64,000 bases of DNA from an uncultured Verrucomicrobiae bacterium (lineage in GTDB: Bacteria > Verrucomicrobiota > Verrucomicrobiia > Limisphaerales > Palsa-1400). How positions within the stretch are numbered: position 1 is the stretch's first letter; each line of letters starts with the position of its first letter. Positions 10,723 through 18,775 of the stretch are shown piece by piece. Location: the NCBI GenBank assembly GCA_963702845.1, contig OY969763.1, forward strand, positions 5,344,001-5,408,000, given 5' to 3'. Below the pieces are notes generated by a model. The model did not search any database. It saw only the letters and a program-made list of their open reading frames with translations, and had not been told where the DNA came from. A program made the position numbers and the translations under genes.

Positions 10723-11228
10723 ATAATGAGAGTATGAATAAACCCACCTACAACCAGATGAAGGAAAAAAGCTGGGTGGAACCATTGTCCGCCCAGGAAA
10801 GCGATGAGCTGCGGCAGTTGCTCGCGGCCAACCCGGAACAGCAACAGGATTGGGACGAGGAAGCTTCTTTGACGACCGCGCTCAACCGGCTGCCGGATGC
10901 TCCCGTGTCATCGAACTTCACGTCGCGCGTCATGCAAGCGGTGCAACGCGCACACGCGGAGACCGAACGCAAGCATACGCCATGGCAGGAGTTCTGGCGC
11001 TATGGTTGGGCGGCGAAATTCGGCGTCGTGATCGCGATGCTTTGCCTGGGGACATTTTCGTTTCGTGAATATCAGGCCAACGCGCGGGCGAAGCTTGCTG
11101 CTGACGTAAAGGCGTTCGCCGAAACGGCACCGATTCCGCAGGTCGATTGGCTCAAGAACTTCGACACCATTGAGCAAATGAGCAAAGTCCAGGTCGCTGA
11201 TAATGAACTGATGATGGCCCGACAATAA
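10719..11228 (+). CDS. Putative single-TM anti-sigma factor
   Basis: ATGA overlap with the sigma stop codon; LPDAPVSSNFTSRVM followed by one TM segment. Confidence 0.75.
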   Translation: MNNESMNKPTYNQMKEKSWVEPLSAQESDELRQLLAANPEQQQDWDEEASLTTALNRLPDAPVSSNFTSRVMQAVQRAHAETERKHTPWQEFWRYGWAAKFGVVIAMLCLGTFSFREYQANARAKLAADVKAFAETAPIPQVDWLKNFDTIEQMSKVQVADNELMMARQ

Positions 11229-12241
11229 TGCGCATTCATTTTCAAATTAAATGCTGGCGGGCCGTGGGTGTGGTCAGCGCTGTGGCGACGATCACGGTGA
11301 TGGGCGAACCGTTGCATGTGCCGATGCCGCCATTGCCGCCCGGTGCTGCAGTGCGGGCGAGCACCGAAGTGTCCGCCCCTGTGCCGCCGCCTTTGCCATC
11401 GCCGGTGGAGAATTTCCGTTTTTGGCTAGGTCTTTCACCAGCGGAACGCGCGCCTTTGCTGGCCAGTATGCCAGACGCGCAACGCAAAGCACTCGAAGCA
11501 AAGCTGGCGAATTACGAAGTGCTGTCGCCAGACGCGCAAGAACTGCGCTTACGTGAGACACAACTTCATTGGCAGCTCCTCGCGCTGATGAAGCTCCCGG
11601 CCAATCAACGCAAGGAACGACTGGCGCACATGTCGTCGGCTAATCGCGCGTTGGCCTTAGAACGTTTGCAGCAATGGGACGCGCTGCCGGTCGCGAAACA
11701 GAAAACGTTTTTGGAAAATGAAGAGGTGATCAACGTTTACCTGGAACTGCAGGAAACCCCACAGCACGAGCGCGGCAAAGTGTTGGCCGGCATGGCGCCG
11801 GAGGTGCGGTTCCCGCTGGAGCAGCGTTTGCAAAAGTGGAACGGCATGCCCGCGCCGCAACGACAGGAGCTGTCGGACCGCTTCTCGCAATTGTTCCAAT
11901 TGCCCGATCGCGACAAGGACAACATCGTGGCCGCTTTGCCCGAGGCCACTCGCAAACAATTCGCGATGTTGACCGATTCGTTGAAGAATTTGCCGCTGGA
12001 TGAGCGGAAGCGTTGCTCGGCTGCGTTGAATAAGTTTTTGAAGATGTCGCCCGACGAGCAAAACCGATTCCTGCAAAACGCAGTGCGCTGGCAGAAGATG
12101 AGCGAGAAAGAACACAACGCCTGGCGGCAGGTTATTCACTCCGCGCCGACGTTGCCGCCACTTCCAAACGGTGTGGAAATGCCGCCTATGCCGCCGTTGA
12201 TAGCCGGGACTAACAGCGTCGTGCCGGCCAACACCCCGTAA
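11228..12241 (+). CDS. DUF3106-like helical repeat protein with Pro-rich termini, probably exported
   Basis: Repeats such as W..LP..Q(R/K) and MSPDEQ; TAATG coupling to the anti-sigma gene; N-terminal hydrophobic segment. Confidence 0.7.
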   Translation: MRIHFQIKCWRAVGVVSAVATITVMGEPLHVPMPPLPPGAAVRASTEVSAPVPPPLPSPVENFRFWLGLSPAERAPLLASMPDAQRKALEAKLANYEVLSPDAQELRLRETQLHWQLLALMKLPANQRKERLAHMSSANRALALERLQQWDALPVAKQKTFLENEEVINVYLELQETPQHERGKVLAGMAPEVRFPLEQRLQKWNGMPAPQRQELSDRFSQLFQLPDRDKDNIVAALPEATRKQFAMLTDSLKNLPLDERKRCSAALNKFLKMSPDEQNRFLQNAVRWQKMSEKEHNAWRQVIHSAPTLPPLPNGVEMPPMPPLIAGTNSVVPANTP

Positions 12242-12323
12242 CTCTTTCTTGCCCAGCAATTCGCTACCCTCGTTGAATTTGATTTTGACCGCAGCCGTCA
12301 GATTTGGAACTATCGCCACTTAT

Positions 12324-12737
12324 ATGTCATTAAAACTTTATGTTTGTGCAGCGTTGTCAGCTTGTGCGGTAACCGCCTTCGCCGCCGGAATCGATGCGAG
12401 CAAGTTGCCGCCGGCCTCCGACCAGAAGGATGTCACCTACGACAAGGACATTAAACCGATCTTCGAAACGTCATGCTTCCATTGCCACAGCGCAAAAGCT
12501 GAGAAGCTCAAAGGCAAGCTGAAGCTCGATACGTTGGCCGGTGCGCTCAAGGGTGGCGCCAACGGCAAAGACATCATCCCGGGCGACAGCGCCAAGAGCC
12601 CGCTCGTAGCGGCTGTGTCACACGTCGGCGATGAAGACGATTTCATGCCGCCCAAGAAAGCCGAAGCGAAGAATCCTCCTTTGACTCCCGCGCAAATCGG
12701 CCTGATCCGCGCGTGGATCGATCAAGGCGCGAAATAA
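12324..12737 (+). CDS. Small Planctomycete-type c-type cytochrome
   Basis: Signal peptide; DIKPIFETSCFHCH (CxxCH), KGKLKLD, IIPGDSAKSPL, MPP, LIRAWIDQGA. Confidence 0.9.
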   Translation: MSLKLYVCAALSACAVTAFAAGIDASKLPPASDQKDVTYDKDIKPIFETSCFHCHSAKAEKLKGKLKLDTLAGALKGGANGKDIIPGDSAKSPLVAAVSHVGDEDDFMPPKKAEAKNPPLTPAQIGLIRAWIDQGAK

Positions 12738-12756
12738 CGGCCTGAAGTTTTTCCGA

Positions 12757-12790
12757 AGCCGCTCGTTCACGCGAGCGGCTTTTTTATTTC
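12757..12790 (+). terminator. Rho-independent terminator
   Basis: AGCCGCTCG-TTCACG-CGAGCGGCT followed by TTTTTATTT. Confidence 0.8.
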
Positions 12791-14067
12791 TGCCATGGCA
12801 GCTCGCGGATGTAGATGTTTTTGAACCAGAGCTGGCTGTTGTGATTTTGCAATTCGATCGTGCCGAATGCATACAGAGGATTGCCGGGCTCAATCGAATT
12901 CTCGAACGTGACGTGGTTCACCACCACTTCGCCGTTGAGGTAAACGGTTACTTTATCACCGACGAGCAAGATCTGAAACTGGTTCCATTCGCCGATCGGC
13001 TTGTCCTCGCGTTTGGTTGGGACATTCGAGTTTTTGGTGTTGTTATGAATGCCACCTGAGCCGACTGAATGGTCGCGCTTGCCCTTCTTGCTCGCCGGAT
13101 CCCAAATTTGCACTTGCGGACAACCGCGCAGGTAAATGCCGCTGTCGCCGTCTTTGGTAATTTTCCAATCGACCCACAATTCGTAATCGCCGTAATCCTT
13201 GGCGGTGCAGAGATTTTTTCCTTTGCCGTCGAACGCAATTGCGCCGTCCCCTACGCGCCAATGTTGTTTCATGCTTTGATCCGCTTTCTTTTGTGCAGCG
13301 GCTAATTCTTCAGCGGACATTTTCGCTCGTTGCGCAGGGCTGCCAACGAAGCCTTTCCAACCGTTGAGGTTTTTCCCATTGAACAAGGTTTTGAAGCCCG
13401 AAGGCGGGGTGTTGTCTTTGTGTTTTGTAGGAAGTTCTTTAACGCGCAGGTTGCGGAATTCGGCGTAGTCATCGTGGCCAAGAAAACCGATGTGCCCGCG
13501 AGGACGAAGCATGCCGGGATGATGGGCGAGGGTTTCGGCGTTGGTGACGTCGTTGAGATTCGCGTCAACAATGGCGTGGCCGTTGAGGACGACTTTGATG
13601 TGACGACCATCGGCGGTGATTTCTTCCTGGTTCCATTCACCGACTGGTTTTTGAAAACCAACTTTCGGAGCGACGATGTTGTAGATGGCACCGTGATGTT
13701 GCCAAGGTTGGAGCGGCCCGTATTTTTTCTCGTTGTCGTCGATCACCTGAATTTCCATGCCCATATAAGCCGCGTCATTTTCGAACGGCGCACGGATTCC
13801 GATACCGTTATTGGAGTCCGGTTCGAGTCGAAACTCAAAACGCAGCACGAAATTTTCGTATTCCTTTTCGGTGAACAAATTTCCGCCGCCGCCGTGCTCG
13901 CAAAAAACGATTCCGTCTTTCACACCGTAACCGCGGCCATTGCGATTCATCAGCTTCCAACCGTCTAGAGTTTTGCCGTCGAAAATGGAAACGAACCCGC
14001 GTTCGACAGCGGCGAACGATGTGATGCATGACAGCAGGACAAACGAGAAAAGAAAAACGCGGCGCAT
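12784..14067 (-). CDS. Tandem DUF1080 (3-keto-disaccharide hydrolase-like) protein
   Basis: Two domains, each with FDGK/FNGK.L.GW, NSG/DSGI and GEWN motifs, ending GHIGFLGH and GTIELQNH..FKNI. Confidence 0.9.
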   Translation of the reverse strand: MRRVFLFSFVLLSCITSFAAVERGFVSIFDGKTLDGWKLMNRNGRGYGVKDGIVFCEHGGGGNLFTEKEYENFVLRFEFRLEPDSNNGIGIRAPFENDAAYMGMEIQVIDDNEKKYGPLQPWQHHGAIYNIVAPKVGFQKPVGEWNQEEITADGRHIKVVLNGHAIVDANLNDVTNAETLAHHPGMLRPRGHIGFLGHDDYAEFRNLRVKELPTKHKDNTPPSGFKTLFNGKNLNGWKGFVGSPAQRAKMSAEELAAAQKKADQSMKQHWRVGDGAIAFDGKGKNLCTAKDYGDYELWVDWKITKDGDSGIYLRGCPQVQIWDPASKKGKRDHSVGSGGIHNNTKNSNVPTKREDKPIGEWNQFQILLVGDKVTVYLNGEVVVNHVTFENSIEPGNPLYAFGTIELQNHNSQLWFKNIYIRELPWQK

Positions 14068-14138
14068 TGCTGTATTCAGTAGTCAGCCGGGAAATGCCAG
14101 TCAATCGCTATTGTCAGCACGCTTACTCAGGCGAGCGG

Positions 14139-15011
14139 TTAAACCAATTGCTTCGCGCGCTTTTGCAGTTCGTCGATAAAAGCCTGCGCGAGCGGGGTGG
14201 CTTTGCCGCGCCACATCGCGCCCACGTTCATCGATGGAAATTCGGGCAATGGAATTACTCGCACTTCAGGCGGCAACGGCGTGTTCGGCACGAGGACGGA
14301 GAGCCCGATTCCGTAGCCGCTTTTGACGTAGGCCGTGACGAGGTTTAGCGTGCTGACTTCTATGCTCGGGAACCAGTCGATACCCATTTTCGCGAGCTGT
14401 GCCTGAAATACGCGACAGACGATTTCATTCGGCGCGAGGCAAATCAGTGGTTCATCCAAGCGGTCGCGCTTCCACAATTCGCATGCAGCTTTGATTGGGC
14501 TGTTCTTGGAGACAAGCAGGATGAGCGGCAAATTCAGCAGCGGTTCCGAGTGAATGCCTGCGAGCGTCTTGCCGTTGACCAGGGTCACTGCAAGATCGAT
14601 TTCCCCACTGTGCAGCCATGATTCCAATTGCGGCTGATGCGATTCGCGCAACGTGATTTTTAGTTTTGGAAATTTCTTCCGAACGTTCTGCACTAGTTCC
14701 GGCAAATGATCGCGCAAGACGATTTCAGACGCGCCAATGCGAATGTGATGCGCGGTGCCGCCCTGGAGTTTTGTCGCGACGACATCGAGCCTGCTGAAGA
14801 ACGGTTCGATAAAATCGAAAAGCGCTTTGCCCGCCGCCGTGAGCGCAAAGGGCCGGCGCTGGAACAACGGCGTGCCGAGGTATTCTTCGAGTTGGATGAT
14901 TTGGCCGCTCACCGCTGGTTGTTGAATGCCGTAGGGAATATTGCGCACAGCTTCACTGATGCCCCCGTGACGCGCGACGTAATAGAACAACTCGAGGTGA
15001 TGAACGTTCAT
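14139..15011 (-). CDS. LysR family transcriptional regulator
   Basis: N-terminal HTH QQPAVSGQIIQLEEYLGTPLFQR..LTAAG; substrate-binding domain follows. Confidence 0.95.
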   Translation of the reverse strand: MNVHHLELFYYVARHGGISEAVRNIPYGIQQPAVSGQIIQLEEYLGTPLFQRRPFALTAAGKALFDFIEPFFSRLDVVATKLQGGTAHHIRIGASEIVLRDHLPELVQNVRKKFPKLKITLRESHQPQLESWLHSGEIDLAVTLVNGKTLAGIHSEPLLNLPLILLVSKNSPIKAACELWKRDRLDEPLICLAPNEIVCRVFQAQLAKMGIDWFPSIEVSTLNLVTAYVKSGYGIGLSVLVPNTPLPPEVRVIPLPEFPSMNVGAMWRGKATPLAQAFIDELQKRAKQLV

Positions 15012-15012
15012 T

Positions 15013-15027
15013 ATCAGTCTAATCGAT
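15013..15027. promoter_or_regulatory. Putative LysR recognition site (ATC-N9-GAT)
   Basis: ATCAGTCTAATCGAT immediately upstream of the LysR start, in the divergent intergenic region. Confidence 0.5.
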
Positions 15028-15084
15028 GGTCAGGAGAGTTTTATCAATTAACCGGCTGCAAGCAAGGCGAGTTACAAATCGTAC

Positions 15085-15573
15085 ATGAACACTATCAATT
15101 TACTGGTGGCGTGGATCTGGATCGGACTGGGGTTCCTGTCCGGCCTGCTCCTCGGGTTTTGGTTCAATCGCGAGCAATGGCTCGGTGGTTACGCGAGTTG
15201 GAAGCGCCGATTGTATCGGCTCGGCCACATTTCCTTTTTCGGTTTGGGCATGGTGAACCTGATGTTCTACTTCACCGCGCGGGTGATTCCATCGGGCGAT
15301 TCGTTCGCTGCGATCGCCTCGATCGGGTTTGTCGCGGGAGCGTTCACCATGCCCGTGTGTTGTCTCGTGATGGCGCATTTTCCCAAAGCCAAGGCGCTGT
15401 TTGCGGTGCCGGTTATCAGCTTGTTGATTGCCGGTGGGTTTACGGTCGCGGCTCTGGTGCGAAGCGCTAGTTCCCTCGGAAAAGCGGCAGCGGCCATGCC
15501 CGAGCACCCTCACGCGCCGAAAGATGCGGAAGCGGATACAGCAACAACGGCCCTCGCGGCTAATGGATTATGA
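15085..15573 (+). CDS. Hypothetical membrane protein with about 4 TM segments
   Basis: Hydrophobic segments; WLGGYASWKRRLYRLGHISFFGLG loop/helix; ATGA overlap with the radical SAM gene. Confidence 0.8.
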   Translation: MNTINLLVAWIWIGLGFLSGLLLGFWFNREQWLGGYASWKRRLYRLGHISFFGLGMVNLMFYFTARVIPSGDSFAAIASIGFVAGAFTMPVCCLVMAHFPKAKALFAVPVISLLIAGGFTVAALVRSASSLGKAAAAMPEHPHAPKDAEADTATTALAANGL

Positions 15574-16928
15574 AAACGATTGGTTTCATTGCAATGAGCG
15601 GGGTGCGTGCGCACAACGAAGAACTGACTAAACTCGGACTGACCCTGCCCGGCTTTGTGGAACGAAACAAAACGATCGCTTCCCTGCCGAGCCTCGGCCT
15701 GCTCACGTTGGCGGGGATGACGCCGCGCGATCGTTTCAAGGTCAAATACTGTGAGATCGACGACCTGCGCAAATCTCCCGCGTTGCCGGAGCACTTTGAC
15801 ATGGTCGCTATTAGCACTTTCACGGCGCAGATTTTTGAGGCTTACGAAGTCGCTGATTTTTATCAGTCGCGAAACATTCCGGTGGTGATGGGCGGCATTA
15901 CGGTTTCATCTTTGGCCGAAGAGGCGAAGGCTCATTGCACGAGCGTGGTCATTGGTGAAGGCGAACCGCTTTGGCCGCTGGTACTGTACGACTTTGAGAA
16001 TGCCTCACTGAAACCGTTCTACCGACATGTTGCACATGGTTCGTTCGATTTACGCGATGCGCCGATGCCGCTCTTCGATTTGTTGGACCCGGAGAAATAC
16101 AATCGCATCACTGTCCAAACCAGTCGCGGTTGTCCGCACAAGTGTGAGTTCTGCGCCAGTTCAATTCTGATCACGCCACGTTACAAACTGAAACCGGTCG
16201 ACAAAGTCATCGACGAAATTCATGCCATCAAGCGCATTTGGCCGCGCCCGTTCATCGAGTTCGCCGACGACAACAGTTTCGTCAACGTCCGCCACTACAA
16301 AGAATTATTGCGCGCGCTCGAAAAAGAAAATCTGCGCTGGTTTACCGAAGCCGATTTGAATGTCGCCAAGGATGACGATCTGCTCGGTTTGATGCGTGAC
16401 TCAGGATGTCAGCAGATTCTGATTGGTTTGGAGAGCCCGCGCGTCGGAAGCCTCAACGGTATCGAGCTCAACGGCAATTGGAAGGCGCGCCAGCAAGACC
16501 ATTACAAAGCCGCCATTGCCAAGATTCAAAGCTACGGCATCACCGTGAACGGTTGTTTCATTCTCGGCCTCGACGGCGACACGCCGGATGTTTTTGAGCA
16601 GGTGCACGATTTCGTGCGCGACTCCGGATTGTATGAAGTTCAGATCACGTTTTTGACCGCTTTCCCAGGCACGCCGTTGTACGGAAGACTAAACGAGGAG
16701 GACCGAATCATCCGCGACCGTGCCTGGGAGCTTTGCACTTTGTTCGACATCAACATCCGTCCCAAAAATATGTCGGTGGAGCAATTGCAATCGGGCTTCC
16801 TCCAGCTCGCTAAACAATTGTACTCCGCCGAGGAGACGAATGAACGTCGTCTCGGGTTCCGGCAACGACTGAAAGCGTCTCCTCACTTTGGTGTTCGCGC
16901 GCGAACCGAAATGAAATTGGCCGCATAG
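15570..16928 (+). CDS. B12-binding domain radical SAM protein
   Basis: PSLGLLTLA, VVMGG and VIGEGE (cobalamin domain); SRGCPHKCEFC (CxxxCxxC), FADDN, IGLES, FPGTPLY. Confidence 0.92.
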   Translation: MKTIGFIAMSGVRAHNEELTKLGLTLPGFVERNKTIASLPSLGLLTLAGMTPRDRFKVKYCEIDDLRKSPALPEHFDMVAISTFTAQIFEAYEVADFYQSRNIPVVMGGITVSSLAEEAKAHCTSVVIGEGEPLWPLVLYDFENASLKPFYRHVAHGSFDLRDAPMPLFDLLDPEKYNRITVQTSRGCPHKCEFCASSILITPRYKLKPVDKVIDEIHAIKRIWPRPFIEFADDNSFVNVRHYKELLRALEKENLRWFTEADLNVAKDDDLLGLMRDSGCQQILIGLESPRVGSLNGIELNGNWKARQQDHYKAAIAKIQSYGITVNGCFILGLDGDTPDVFEQVHDFVRDSGLYEVQITFLTAFPGTPLYGRLNEEDRIIRDRAWELCTLFDINIRPKNMSVEQLQSGFLQLAKQLYSAEETNERRLGFRQRLKASPHFGVRARTEMKLAA

Positions 16929-17026
16929 ACGTCACGTGGAATCCTTGATTCAATCGTTCAGGGGTCGAGTCCGTTGAAGTTCCTTTGGCCACGAGTTACC
17001 TTAACTCAGCGGGCGAAAGGAACTTT

Positions 17027-18682
17027 ATGAAATTCTCGGGTCATCACCTCAAGCGCTACAAAGACCTCGGTTTGCTCTACTTTCGCTACGGCCGTCCTGT
17101 GATGTCGTCGCCGATCGTTAATGGAGACGCCGATAACGACGAACATCCCGGCGCTGATCCCGACAAACTGCCGAATGATCTGGAGCGTCTCGGGCCGACG
17201 TTCGTGAAACTCGGCCAGCTCCTCTCCAGCCGGCCCGACCTGATGCCGCAGCGCTACATTCGTGCGCTGTCGCGCTTGCAGGATGATGTTGCGCCGTTTT
17301 CTTCCGAAGAAGCCGAACGAATCATCGAAGAGGAACTCGGCGGCAAGGTGTCGAAATTGTTTTCGGAGTTTAATCCAATTCCTACTGCGGCGGCTTCGCT
17401 CGGGCAAGTTCACAAGGCGCGCCTGCGCGATGGTCGCGAGGTCGTCGTGAAAGTGCAGCGTCCCAATATTCGCCAGCAGATTGCGGAAGATTTCGATGCG
17501 TTGCGGCAATTGGCGAGGTTCCTTTCGCGCCATACTGAATTTGGTTCGCGCTACGACTTGCAGGCGACGGTTGCGGAACTGGAGCAAACGCTCGCGCATG
17601 AACTGGACTACTGCCGGGAAGCGGCGAATTTACGCGCGCTCGGCCGGAACCTCGCCGAGTTCCCGCACATCGTTATTCCGCAACCAATCGACGATTACGT
17701 CACGCACCGAGTGCTCACGATGGAGTTTGTCGACGGCTCGAAGATCACCAGCTTGAATCCGGTCGTGCGCACAGATCTCGACGGCCTGGCGCTTGCCGGT
17801 GAATTGTTCCGCGCGTATTTGAAGCAAGTGCTGGTCGACGGTTTGTTCCATGCGGACCCGCATCCGGGCAACGTTTTCCTGACGCTGGATAACCGCATCG
17901 CGCTGTTGGATGTCGGGATGGTTGGTCATACTTCAGTTTCAATCCAGGAGGCGCTCTTGAAAATCCTGCTCGCGGTCGCGGAAGGCAACGGCGACGAGGC
18001 AGCGGACGTCGCCATTCGCATCAGCGAACAAAAGAATAATTTCGACGAAATGGTTTTCCGCCACAAAATCGCCCAGCTGGTGGCAGACCAGCATGACGCG
18101 CATCTTGGCCAAATGGATGTCGGCAAAATGGTGCTCACCGTCAGCTCGGCGGCGGCTGATTCCGGATTGCGCGTGCCTACGGAGTTGACGTTACTTGGCA
18201 AAACGCTGCTGCAGTTGGATGAAGTCGGCCGAATTCTCGCGCCGAACTTTGATCCGAACGCCTCCATCCGAAAACACGCGACGGAACTTCTCAGTCGGCG
18301 CATGAAAGAAACGCTAACCGAAGGCCGCGCTTACGCCGCGCTGCTGGAGGGTAAGGAATTCTTTAGCGCTTTGCCGTCACGCCTGAACAAAATTCTCGAT
18401 GCCGTCGGCAACGCTGAGTTGAACGTTAATGTTAAACCGGCGGAAACGCAGTTTGTCATGGAAGGATTTCAGAAGGTGGCGAACCGGATTTCAATCGGGC
18501 TCGTTCTCGCCGCGCTCATTATCGGCGCTGCGTTGCTCATGCAGGTCGACACTCCTTTCACCCTTTTCGGTTATCCCGGTCTTGCGATTGTTTTGTTTCT
18601 TGCCGCCGCCGCTGGTGGGTTCTGGTTTTTGATGAACGTGCTTTGGAGTGATCACAACCAACGGCACGCGGATCGCGATTAA
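17027..18682 (+). CDS. AarF/ABC1/UbiB family atypical kinase
   Basis: LGPTFVKLGQLLSSRPD, AAASLGQVH, VVKVQRP, FHADPHPGN; two C-terminal TM segments. Confidence 0.93.
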   Translation: MKFSGHHLKRYKDLGLLYFRYGRPVMSSPIVNGDADNDEHPGADPDKLPNDLERLGPTFVKLGQLLSSRPDLMPQRYIRALSRLQDDVAPFSSEEAERIIEEELGGKVSKLFSEFNPIPTAAASLGQVHKARLRDGREVVVKVQRPNIRQQIAEDFDALRQLARFLSRHTEFGSRYDLQATVAELEQTLAHELDYCREAANLRALGRNLAEFPHIVIPQPIDDYVTHRVLTMEFVDGSKITSLNPVVRTDLDGLALAGELFRAYLKQVLVDGLFHADPHPGNVFLTLDNRIALLDVGMVGHTSVSIQEALLKILLAVAEGNGDEAADVAIRISEQKNNFDEMVFRHKIAQLVADQHDAHLGQMDVGKMVLTVSSAAADSGLRVPTELTLLGKTLLQLDEVGRILAPNFDPNASIRKHATELLSRRMKETLTEGRAYAALLEGKEFFSALPSRLNKILDAVGNAELNVNVKPAETQFVMEGFQKVANRISIGLVLAALIIGAALLMQVDTPFTLFGYPGLAIVLFLAAAAGGFWFLMNVLWSDHNQRHADRD

Positions 18683-18775
18683 GCATTCGCTTGATTGGCT
18701 GTTTCCGCACGACCTGAATGCGTTTTACGCTCTGCTCCGATTTTAAAAGTCGCCACGCCGTTCACAATCTTTCAC

